Shown: positions 52,371 to 64,000 of the stretch, in pieces
Layout of the letters: every line of letters starts with the position of its first letter
How positions within the stretch are numbered: position 1 is the stretch's first letter
Origin: Octopus bimaculoides
Taxonomy: Eukaryota
Reading direction: 5' to 3'
Assembly (NCBI RefSeq): GCF_001194135.2
Contig: NC_068987.1
Coordinates: 26,841,486-26,905,485 of the forward strand
DNA: 64,000 nucleotides
Program-made: the position numbers and the translations under genes
Notes under the pieces: generated by a model
Seen by the model: only the letters and a program-made list of their open reading frames with translations
The model's database searches: none
What the model was told of the DNA's origin: nothing

Positions 52371-53575
52371 ACACTCTCGCAGAGCCACTGAGTTATAGCT
52401 GCTTATGTTGTGCTACGTAAACTAAATGATTTGCTCTTTGATGCAATAATCGAGCTTTGACCTCAATCTACCAAAAACTGACCTATAAGGTTCGATCGTG
52501 ATTGTCTTGTTAAGCAGTTTATTTGGTAACCGCTTTATCGTCTGTTCTGTGCAACTGCATAAGTTCTTAGGCAAGCTTATGTTATATCTTCAGGTAGACG
52601 AATGATTTTCGTGTGAAATATGATAAACGGAAACTGAACTGAAATCCGTGCTATACATGTATGTGTGCGTTTCTCTTAGCAACTAGCTCGATTCATTTGG
52701 GGCCTATAATGCGCAGTTTGACCTACAGACTTGAAATTAGCTTGTCTTCAGACGTACTATATCACTCGTTGTTGTCCCCATCCTCTTAACTTTCATCATC
52801 ATCACCTCGCCGTCTTTGTCGTTGTCCTTATTATAGCAATAACTGTAACAATAGCAATACAAATAAAAGTAGCAGAACATTTTGCTATGCCAAAATGCCA
52901 GACATGAACTCGTTAATTCGACTACAAATCACTGCTATTTTTCCACTGTTCAACATGTTTGCATATAACATTTCTGATTTACACATCTTGCTGGAACATT
53001 TTGCTGTATATTCTAAAAATAAATAAAGATATTAAAATATATATGATGGTATGTAGATAACTATTCTTCATATTTGCAAATTTTGTTGGATACTTTGAAA
53101 AACTAATGGACAACAATATTTATATTGCGATTTATTAATTTCGATAGGAAACAGTAAAACTCTATATTATATACATTTGCATAAATATTGCAATTTCTTG
53201 GGATAAAACCCTAATCTATTTACTAACACTGAAATAGAAGACACTTATGAAGTATATATACAAAAACGAGAATGAAACAATAACATATTATGAGAAAATG
53301 AATTTAATATACATATTTATACGTAGATATATATGGATATGAAAAATTATTCAATACGTAATAAATAAATAATTACACATGAGTAAATAAATATATAAAT
53401 ATTAACAAATTGTATGCTTCAAGACTTCTCTGTTTGCAGTTCATTTTATTAAATATGATTTCATTTTCAGTTATTGAAGACGACTATTCCTGACAGTATA
53501 CAAATTTATGATTCAAATTATCTTCACAAACATGAAAATGAGATATAGGAAGATAAATATACATCTCTATCTCTC

Positions 53576-53610
<35 letters not shown>

Positions 53611-54447
53611 ATGTATGTATGTAAATGTGTGTTTGTGTGTGTGTATGTGTGTGTGTGTGCGTGTGCGTGTGTGTTTGTGTGTGTGTGCATGTTTGTATGT
53701 AGGTATGTATGTATGAGAAAGCAAGGAGAGGGTGCAGAGGAAGCATGGTTTGGGAGGAAAGGGAATTATTAATTATTTGATTTTCAGTAACAAATTGAAA
53801 GACATATTCAGTAAGGAAATGCATTATTAATATTCATATAAAACAATAGTAAATACTCAATCATACCAGTCCAAATTCAATTATGAACTTAAACACACAC
53901 ACAACGTATACTTGCGGAAACATATTCACTAATATCTCTCCCACTTTTGTCACTCTCTCCTATTTATGAATAATGAGTATGTGCGCGTGTGTATATATTT
54001 GTAAAACATACATGTATGCCTATATATATTTCTATATGATATTTGTAATTACTACCATTTCTTCAGGGCAATATAACACCATAAATTAGAGAAACAGAGA
54101 CTATGTTGAGATAATGATAAATGTTATATAAGCTGTCAGTTGCAAAAATAAATAAATATAGAAATAATTTGGATAAGTTTCGTATTCAGCGGAGTTCCTT
54201 GTGGTTGTGCAACACGCTAGTATCTGAATGATTTACGCTTATATGCAAATGTAAACATGTAAAGATGTGGCAACTTTATGCATAATTATCAGAAGAGTGA
54301 AGGATCCCTGTGTAGTATAGAGTCTTTTTTTGATAGGCTGTACTCTCTATATTCTATCACTTTAACTTTACGTTATATGCCCACGCACATCTGAAGCCGG
54401 TCATAACCAAGATGCAGCAGGTAGGAACAACATGCCTAGGACATCTT

Positions 54448-54566
54448 AGTACACCTAGTAAGATATCCCCTACTGCACAAAACGATGTAAGACAATTAGA
54501 TGCGCAAAATCCTACCCATAACAAACAGTTGCAGGGAGGGTCGAAACGATCGTCGTACTGAATAAA
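54448..54566 (+). ncRNA. Decayed type I hammerhead with long stem II, followed by AATAAA (PLE pLTR-like remnant)
   Basis: agtac-ac-CTAGTAA-gatatcccctactgca...tgcagggagggtc-GAAA-CGATCG-TC-gtact-g-AATAAA. The 3' half and stems are intact; the core has 3 substitutions. Confidence 0.5.
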
Positions 54567-54751
54567 GACTAGTGATAAATCTATCTTCCATTTCCTTCAT
54601 CAATTAGCATTATCTCAATTAACACTGCATTCTTTCTGAAGTAGGTCCAGCGGATATATACCCCAACAATGGATGACACCAGGTTGCCAAAACTTTGAAA
54701 GTACTTTATTCAACAAATTTTGACATATACCCTTGGTCCCCAAAATTACAC

Positions 54752-54791
<40 letters not shown>

Positions 54792-54824
54792 ACACACACA
54801 CGTATATATATACACACAGACACG

Positions 54825-54863
<39 letters not shown>

Positions 54864-55003
54864 GCATATATATATGCATACAATTACATTCATACGTATC
54901 TCTTTTACTCTTTTACTTGTTTCAGTCATTTGACTGTGGCCATGCTGGAGCATATATATATATACGTATGTATGCATGTATGCATGTATGTATGTGTGTG
55001 TGT

Positions 55004-55054
<51 letters not shown>

Positions 55055-56062
55055 CGTGATTCAGAAACACACCACACTAGGTAATGCTAAATGCAGAGAA
55101 AAGTTTCGGCAGGGAGGCATATATTAAATTTAACGCTACATCGTTTAGCCTTAGTACAGATTATGATCCATGTTTTTACTGTTATTTAAAGCNNNNNNNN
55201 NNNNNNNNNNNNNNNNNNNNNNNNNNNNNNNNNNNNNNNNNNNNNNNNNTTTGGATAATGTTAATTATAAATTTTCTCTGTACATTATCCATAAAGGTGA
55301 GGTAGATTTAGATCTGGTGAATGAATGTGATACAAGTTATTTTTCAGTGATGCAATCCACGAAAATGTTTGTTTCAAACTTGCATAGCCATATTCATCAT
55401 GTAGCCACTAGCACCGAATACGTATAGTATAGCTAAGAGTGCATAGACTGAAAAGCGCAGACAAGCCGTTTTATAACACGTAGAACAATTCACACAGATT
55501 CTGAGGGTCTGATGAACACAACTGCGTGTTTTGGGAATTAACGTAACCAGAATCACATTTTGTTTGTAAATTTGTTTCCATTCACCACATCAGCATTTTC
55601 CTATTCGATAAATCTCTTAAACCACCTGCAATAACGGAGTTGCTTTTAATGACCAGTTCCTTCCAAGTATTATTTCGCTGTTACTATAGGAAGGTCTTTC
55701 ATCCTTCTCTGATAGTGATATCATAAGTTGCAAATCCAATATCCTGTGGTTGCTGTGCGAACTGCAGTAATAACTTTCAGAAAATATAAAGCACGTGATC
55801 AAAAATATACACTATCATATTTTGCGTTAGACTACACGGTTTCCCACGGTGCTCAGCATATCTTCTGCTGGACATGTTTAACAGAATTTTTTCATTATGG
55901 TTACAACTGAATTGCGAAGTTCAACAACTGAAGTTGGAAGATTATCATCAACAATGCTATCTCACTTAGACTGCATAACAACGACTTTAATGAAACACAA
56001 ATTCGACGACATATCTGTATGTATGTAATGTATGTATGTATTTTAATGTATGTATGTATGTC

Positions 56063-58586
56063 ATTATTCAGTTTATTTCAAGATTTCTTGTCAATAGACA
56101 AATAACCGGTTTCTAACCTAGATACAAGGCTACTTCATTGAATTTCAACATCAACAACAGGGTATGTATGTATGTATGTATGTATGTATACACAGACTTT
56201 TTTTATGTATGTAATCTTATGCATTGAGTTACATATCTAGACATGCTCATATATATCTTTAATTGTTAAACTTCTGGAAAGTTTTACAAATTTTTATAGT
56301 TCCAGTCATGGATTGGATCTGTAGCCTTCGAATTAGCTTTCTCCTTTCTGGATCTGAGATGCCTAATTTCTCAAGATTGGTATATAGGCAGAGTGTTACA
56401 TATCCTAGGACCCCAATAATTACAAATATAAACTTGAGCTTGTAATCTGGATAGAGTAAATGTAGATTTCACAATAGTTCAGCATAGGTGTTCTCTTTTT
56501 CACTGATCTTTCGCTTTATGTTAACATCCACTGGGCAACTGAGTTCCACAACTGTGCACAGATTCTCTTCTCTATCCCAAATCATTATATCAGGCCTGTT
56601 GCGCTTAACTTTTATTGAGGCCTTCACTGGTAAATTCCACCAGTATTCCATTTCAATGTGAGTGGCTATGGCTTCTACCATATTGTGGGCTTTTATTTCT
56701 TTGTACTCGAGGTTATACTTCTGACGGAATTCATTATAGAGTGTCCTAGCTACAACGCTATGTCACATCGGTAAATAATACCGTGATGACATTTTCGGAC
56801 AACTGCTTATAATGTGGTTGATATCTTCAGTGTGAACTCCGCATCTGTATCCCTTTTGTGCATCAGGTACTTGGTTGATATTTCCTCTTCCTGGATTGCA
56901 AACACATACCTTTCAAAGTGGGAGGTAATAATCCGGCTATTCGATTCGTCTATGATAAACTGCTTTGATGATCGATGTTACTATCATCACTGAGCTTTCT
57001 ACTAATATCCATGTATATTCTTCTGCTCAAATAGGCTCATCCCTTCATCTGATGATATGTTGAGGTAGAGTTGTGCGACTTTTTTGGGCATATATTCTAG
57101 GTTATGCGACAGAGTGTTGCTCAAGGAGATGCCTTCCAAGTCTTATGATGTTACCATTTCTGTTTCCTTGTGAACCAGTGAGATACCCTTCAGACTTCCT
57201 TAACACGAATGACAATGGGTTTACAGAAAGTATGAACAACAGAGAGGCTGTCTCCTTGGAATATGCCTTTGCCATATTGTATTCTATCGGTGATAATACA
57301 GTTGCTCTTTGTGTTTAATTTCAAGATGGTGGCCAACGATGAAGTCAGGTGAGCCATAGCTTTGACTATTCTCACTGGACGTTTAGCAAGTTGAAGGGCT
57401 TCTAGCATCCATGAGTGGAGCACAGAATCAAAGGCATTCTTGTATTCTAGTCAGATTGAAACTAGGCTCCTCCTATGCTCTAGCACATCTGACATCACAG
57501 TTTTGTTGATTAGGTATTGCTCGGCACATACACAGACTGCCTTCTTCCCAGCTGTTTATTCTGTTGTGTTAATGTTATTGGTTTCATAATGGTCTTGGAG
57601 GAATAGGTTTAAAGATGCTACACATATCTTATACATCCTGTTCCGGCATACAATTGGCCGGTAGATTTTTGCCGTGTGGGTGGTTCTGCAATTGGGGATC
57701 AATTTTGTTTCTGCCAGAGCTCGCCAGTGTGGTATGCTACTGTTCCCAATGAAAGCTTGTTGGTACAGATTGATAAGGTATGGTCGATAGAATGTTAGCT
57801 TCTTGTACCAAAATCCAACAATCAAGTCTCTTCCAGATGCTTTTCCATCCTGGCGTTTCTGGATCATAGTTGCAAGAGTTTCACAATCAATCTTCTATAT
57901 CGTGGATGTAACGCAGGAACAATAACTTCTTCGGATTTCTTGCAGCCACAGAGCATCTGGGTTAAATTCATTCTCTTCACTCCAGATTTTCCTCCAGAAG
58001 GAGTCTATGTCTTCTCGCGAAGGAGCTTCCGTGATATTTATTACTCCTCCTCTTACGTCTCTGTATACTGCTGCCTGGTTGCGATAATTCTTTTTGTTTA
58101 TTGTTCTTTTCTTGCTTATTCTCTTTTGCTGTCGGAGTTTTTCACCGACAACATTTAGCTCCTGCTTTAGCTTACTCACTTTTCAAGTGAGTGTCCCCTT
58201 TTCGCTGTCTTCAAACATTATTTCTATCGCCTTCTTTACATTCTGCTGGCGGTTTGTATAGTAATTTATTTGTTTGCATGTAATAAGCATCATTACATGA
58301 CTGATGGTCTTCCGTAAACCATTTATCTGTTTTTCTATCTTCAAAACTCATGATGGTACATCCTTTGTAATTTCGGTTTTGTTTACTTATGAATATCATC
58401 TATGTGCTATTTTATAGTAGTAGCTTGTGCATATAGACAGGTGTTAATCAGTCAGTATGTGGATTCATCATACTGTTGTAAATAAATATTTTGTTAGTAA
58501 CTTTTAATACGGTATCTGGTGGGTTTTTTTTTACTTAGTTTGGTAGAGAATTCACTCAGGTTACATTTAATCAGCATATAATCCAG

Positions 58587-58660
<74 letters not shown>

Positions 58661-59390
58661 TACAGTAATCGTTGCGGTTGTGCCTGCTATTTACCAAAGT
58701 CGTATTACGGGGACAGTGGTCAGTTATATGAGCCAATAACATTTGGCTGACAGGCACTATGGAATCTGTTGGAATGTCGCTAGCTGCGAAATTACGTGTT
58801 GGTCTTGTATCATTCACGTTTTCGTTTTTGTTTATTGAGTTGGGAAGAAGGTTAATTTTCGATGTTTTAATAAAGTTGCAATTACTAACCTCTCTTCTAT
58901 GTTCTGCAAATGCTACTTGTAGGCGTTGTTGTTTCGCAGTAAAATGATTTAACTTTGGACGCAGACCATCACAATATGATTTCAGTCGATCCATATAGCC
59001 AACAGCGGGGTTTTGGTTCGGTTTTACGTAGCAGTTATTCAATTCATAACTCCAAGAGAAATGAGTATTGTAGTTACAGTTTCTTCTATAACTACAGCTA
59101 GAAAAAAATTGTTTACCTGTTGAGATGTTGTTTTCGTTCCGTTCCTCGATTGTTTTGTTGATGTGTCCAGCCATGTTGTTTGTAGTAACTCTCTGTAAGG
59201 AATATTCAAGTTTCAGTCAAAAATCACTACGACCGTTTATAAAAGGCTCTCTCAGTTAATTCATCTGAAGATTAACCACTTATTTAACAAGGCTGATAGT
59301 TGTGGCTCCGGAGTTGGAGATAGTATTTGTCGTATGTTCCATAAATAGTCACTCACGCGAAATACACGGCTTGTTGCTTCGAATGTTTAC
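56063..59390 (-). mobile_element. Near full-span R4-clade RLE non-LTR retrotransposon (internally deleted, frameshifted), flanked by (CATA)n
   Basis: N-terminus WSYELNNCYVKPNQNPAVGYMDRLKSY; APSREDIDSFWRKIWSEENEFNPDALWL; KASGRDLIVGFWYKK..TKLIPN..YRPIVC; GIFQGDSLS; FEGYVFAIQEEEI; C..HTEDINHIISSCP; NRPDIMIWD..VVELSCP..N..KISEKENTY; QIQSMTGTIKICKTF. The 3' UTR ends ...aaactgaataatga(cata)n. Confidence 0.9.
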
Positions 59391-59869
59391 CTATGCATGT
59401 ATGCGTGTATGTATGTATGCGTGTATGTATGTATGCTCGTATGTATGTATGTTTCTGTTTTGTTGACAAAATGATTACTTATTTTCAAAAGGAAAATATT
59501 TATTACTGTACTCAATAAGCCTAAAGCTAGATGCAATTCTCTCCTCCCATTAGCAGTCAGCTTAGGGTATGATTATGGTGGTATTTCTAACAATATCCTT
59601 ACAAACTGGTGACAATATGCCACACTGAGGTGGAAATAAAGATAACGAACCTAAATAACCCCGACAGATAACACAGCACGAAAATGCAGCGAGAAATTTC
59701 ATTTTTGCATCTGGAAAGAACATAGAAGGTCAGGATTTTGTATTTCACAACTGCACCTACGCAAACAACGTTTATGCCAAGCAAATCTGCATTGGAAGTA
59801 TATTACCAGCCTCTAGCATGCTTCTCTCCAGCACTTTTTCTCTACTGTTAGTTGTTGTAGCAATAGCAG

Positions 59870-59875
59870 CAACAC

Positions 59876-59928
<53 letters not shown>

Positions 59929-60100
59929 ATAGTAGTGGTGGTGGTGGTGGTGGTGGTGGTAGTAGCAGCTGCAGCAGCAGCAGCAGCAGAAGAAGAAGAA
60001 GAAGAAGAAGAAGAAGAAGAAGAAGAAGAAGAAGAAGAAGAAGAAGAAGAAGAAGAAGAAGAAGAAGAAGAAGAAGAACAAGAAGAAGAAGAAGAAGAAC
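59870..60100. repeat. Compound microsatellite (GTA)n-(GTG)n-(GCA)n-(GAA)n
   Basis: Directly visible. Confidence 0.97.
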
Positions 60101-60539
60101 TTGCCATCAGTATGAAATTATAAATGTTACTATAGTGTCTGGTTATTCATTCCTGGGATATTTGAATATTTACAAGCAATTTAAATGTTTAAATGGTGTT
60201 CATGATTGTCAATATTTTCACATAAACTTACCGAGTATTTACTCCTTATAAACAGTCGATACCAATTCTTTACCCATAACATCTGCATCAAGCATTTTTG
60301 TGAACGTCCATTATTAATGACAAGAAAACAAACAATGCTTCATAATATTGGGGTGGCATAATACTGCGGAAAACCAATGCAATATACTTGTCATTTAAAC
60401 TAGTACGAAAACTTCGAACAGTTTATCCATTAGTGATGTCTAAACACATGATTTCATATCTCACATGACAGATGCTTATAACACACGCACACACACATTC
60501 TGAATAGTGACATGTCAACATGCCTTTGGATACGATTAT

Positions 60540-61553
60540 TGTGCGGTTAGTTTATTTCTATGTTTTTTTATATTAAAAGTGAAACTTAAAACAAAATGAG
60601 ATACATTTTCATAATCTGATGGTCTTTTATTTCTGGGAAGGAAATGTTCTACAAATAAAAAAAAGACAGATATGTGCATTTGATGGAGATGGTGTCAAAG
60701 CTGACAGAATTGTTCCAAAGTTTTAAGAGCAAAAATTTAAAACTAAAACATCGTGAACGATCTGACAAGTGGAAGCACTATTGAGAAATTTTCTAGTTCA
60801 CACGAGACGAGAGTCGCAGAGATGCACCCACACACCACATGTAATGAATTTTGAAAAAAACTTAGATACATGAACCTCTATGATACTTGGGGGAATTAGA
60901 ATTTTGTAAGAAATCAAAATAACGAAAATATCAAAGGGACTACATTTTTATTTGCAATTCTCTGCTCAAATGCAACAGAAGCAAGATACTTGTTTTAAAA
61001 ATTAATCAAAACTGGTGTAAAACGGATCGTTTACAACGATGTGGTGTGAAAAATTTCCGGTCACAATGGAAGCGTATTGTGCATTAGGAGCACCTCCCGC
61101 AAAGCCTTGAATTTAGACAATTATTGCTTCCAGTTACACCGATTAAAAAAGGTAATGGACGAAAAACGTCCAGAATTGGCCAGTCGGAAATGTCATATCA
61201 TTTTTTCATCAGGACAACGCTACGGCTGATAGAAAATGCAGGCCCGGTAGAAATTGAAACAGCTTTGTTGATATGTCCTAACACAACCACGTTGCTTGCC
61301 TGACAATGCACTTTAGGATTACCATTTATTTCTATCCCTGCAAGAACTTCAGTTATTTGGAAAACGGCAAAAACCACTTAGACTAGTACATGATCAAAGT
61401 GGATGCCAAATTCTGGGAGGAAGAATTCAAGAAGCAGCTCCGAAAATGGCGAAATGGGATACATTTGGTTGAATAACGATATGTACAAATATCTAAAAAT
61501 TGTTCTTCAATGTTACTCTAAAAACGGTACGAACTTTTGTTCTAAACCACTAT
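60540..61553 (+). mobile_element. mariner transposon remnant, near full-span
   Basis: N-terminal HTH-like segment; TGVKRIVYNDVV (TGDEKWIVYNN); FHQDNA; DYHLFLSLQ; FWEE..K..RKW; 3' TIR-like aaaacggtacgaacttttgttctaaaccacta. Multiple stops. Confidence 0.8.
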
Positions 61554-61559
61554 TATTCA

Positions 61560-61560
61560 C

Positions 61561-61598
<38 letters not shown>

Positions 61599-62105
61599 TT
61601 GTTGCTGTTATTGTTGTTATTCTCCCTCTTCTTCTTTTCTGTCTCCTTCTACTCCTTTTTCTTTTCTTTTCTTCTTCTTCTTCTTCTTCTTCTTCTCCTC
61701 ATCCTTCTTCTTTTTCTTCTTCTTCTCCTCCTCCTCCCCATCCTTCTTCTTCTTCTTCTTCTTCTTCTTCTGCCGCTTCTTCTCCTTCTTCTTCTCCTCC
61801 TCCTCCTCCTCCTCCCCATCCTTCTTTTTCTTCTTCTTCTTCTTCTCTTCATCCTTCTTCTTCTTCGTCTTCTCCTCATCCTTCTTCTTCTTCTTCCCCT
61901 CCTCCTCCTCCCCATCCTCCATCTTCTTCTTCTTCTTCTTCTTCTTCTTCTTCTTCTTCTTCTTCTCCTTCTTCTTCTTCCTCTTCTTCTTCTTCTTCTC
62001 CTCCTCCCCATCCTTCTTCTTCTTCTTCTTCTTCTTCTTCTTCTTCTTCTCCTCATCCTTCTTCTTCTTCTTCTCCTCCTCCTCCTCCTCCTCCTCCTCC
62101 TCCTC
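61560..62105. repeat. (CAT)n followed by a (CTT)/(CCT) mosaic with recurring cctcatcc/ccccatcc sub-units
   Basis: Directly visible; produces the poly-S/P, poly-L, poly-K/E and poly-R ORFs. Confidence 0.95.
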
Positions 62106-63226
62106 GTCTTTTACTTTCTCCTTCGAAGTATCTGAATATTTATCGATTTGACTCGATCTACTCCGTTATAATAAATACACGTTGCTGGTGACTGTCTCTC
62201 TTGTAATATTTTCTTGTATTCTTAAAATCGTTTAGACTGACATTTTTTTCAAGAGATGAAATTATGCAGATTCCTAATACCAAATTTAATGTTGCATTTG
62301 TTCTTCTATGTTTTAGATAACCACCGAAAAAAAAAAAAAAAAGCAAAATCAAACTAAATAACCATTATTTGTTGAGTCTGTTGGTTTGGCTTTGACATTC
62401 CTATCTGTTTTAACGAATGAAATCGCAAAATATTCGTTGTAATTTTAGTATATTCTTTCCTAAATTCAATACCACTGTTTCGAACTCATTATGTTCATGG
62501 ACACTATAGATTCGCAATCATTCCTTTATCGATTCCAGTTTCTCAACAATAAAGGAAGTTGTTTCCGTATCTTAATGTGTATAATTTCTATAGTTAGACA
62601 TCTAATTACGGCGGCTGAATTAGCGCTTGTTGAAGCAAACACCCGTTCTCATGGTCCCAGATATTTGTTAATAAATATGCCTATTCAAACAGTTATCTTG
62701 TGCCAATATATGTATAATTGTACAGTCAACGGTCATGCAACAAAACATCTGTAAATATGTATATATCTTATTTTTATTTATATTTACATAAATGTATATA
62801 TTTAATTTTATATTCTTTTATTCTTTTATTCTTTTATTTATATCTAAATCTTACTTTGAATTTTTCCGTTGCATATCGTTTACTTTAAAAAAAAACTTTT
62901 ATATGTATATATATGTATATCTTTAATTTTATACATACATACATACATACATACATACATACATACATNNNNNNNNNNNNNNNNNNNNNNNNNNNNNNNN
63001 NNNNNNNNNNNNNNNNNNNNNNNNNNNNNNNNNNNNNNNNNNNNNNNNNNNNNNNNNNNNNNNNNNNNNNNNNNNNNNNNNNNNNNNNNNNNNNNNNNNN
63101 NNNNNNNNNNNNNNNNNNNNNNNNNNNNNNNNNNNNNNNNNNNNNNNNNNNNNNNNNNNNNNNNNNNNNNNNNNNNNNNNNNNNNNNNNNNNNNNNNNNN
63201 NNNNNNNNNNNNNNNNNNNNNNNNNN

Positions 63227-63257
<31 letters not shown>

Positions 63258-63399
63258 AATAGAGAAAGAGAGAGAGTGTGTGTGTGTGAGAGAGAGAGTT
63301 TCTAAAATTTTCATTGCTTTTCCTTTTCACAGTATACTCAAGATGATCAGCAAAAATTTCACTTTTAAAGCATTTCTAGTATTACGTGATCTGGCAGAA

Positions 63400-63585
63400 T
63401 CATTATTACGCTGGAGAAACTGCTTCGCGGCGCTAATCCATTCTTTTTTACATTCTGAATTCGACTTAGCCTAACATTCCTGCAGTGTCGATAAAATTAA
63501 GTTCCAGTCAAGTACTGGGGTCAATATATCTGACTTATTACGTCCTCAAAAACTGCTGGCTTTGTGGCAAGTTTTGAAACCAATA
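63400..63585 (+). mobile_element. SINE family B (tail2 type), degenerate
   Basis: tggcagaatcatta..ttctgaattcgacttagcct..gtcgataaaattaagttccagtcaagtactggggtcaat..ctgctggctttgtggcaagttttgaaacc. Confidence 0.7.
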
Positions 63586-64000
63586 ATACGGGAAAGATTA
63601 TTTCTGTAATTCATATTTATGTAATAAACTCGTAATCCTATAATGTAGCCTATGTAATATGTTCCTGCTGAAATATATTATTGCTGAGAAAATATCCTCT
63701 CTTAAACGACAACTTATTTGTTGCATACTTACCAATAATGTAAGTATTCGGTTGCCATATCATATGATCTCATCGGAAATCTAAATAATTCCGCCCAAAT
63801 TTCAGAATATGCAGCGTATGTAGGTTCTCTACTCTTTTTAATTATTGAATTTTTTTCTCTGAGGAAGGAGCTGGTTTCTAGCAAAGATACAAAGCTTCAT
63901 CTTTGGAATGTACTTAACAAAAACAATGTCACATTTTAAACTTGCAAAAAGTCTTCCATATTTTTGCTGTTCTACTTTCAGATTGTATTTGTAACGTGCA

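Noticed and set aside
55420-55800. VTLIPK..CSTCYK resembling an L1/R4 RT start
   Set aside because: Single short motif with no colinear support.
3091-63474. Dozens of long ORFs in the track (poly-X, HT/YI/CV repeats, poly-L/S/R/E)
   Set aside because: They arise from N-gaps or microsatellites lacking stop codons; no protein-like complexity.

Overview
Animal (eukaryotic) genomic DNA: strongly AT-rich and microsatellite-dense, with 15 N-gaps (~4 kb) that mostly abut (TA)n or (CA)n tracts. The SINE and microsatellite content suggests a cephalopod, probably Octopus (inference). No intact protein-coding gene, rRNA, true tRNA gene or CRISPR array can be supported; almost all long ORFs in the track are microsatellite or N artefacts. 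The window is a graveyard of mobile elements. (i) Four tRNA-headed SINE families (called A-D here), one recurring as a fixed heterodimer. (ii) Decayed non-LTR retrotransposons: three R4/Dong-like RLE pieces in (TAA)n or (CATA)n microsatellites, a HERO-like RLE element, an RTE element and a CR1-group element. (iii) Two mariner remnants. (iv) Penelope-like (PLE) traces. (v) A 648-bp TG...CA inverted-repeat element. The most notable signal is a set of PLE-type minimal hammerhead ribozyme motifs in several unrelated short repeats. The best is a near-canonical type I hammerhead (50198-50243, minus) downstream of a Pol III tRNA-like head, i.e. a candidate ribozyme-bearing SINE. All protein and RNA assignments are by manual translation and motif recognition; no database searches were run.
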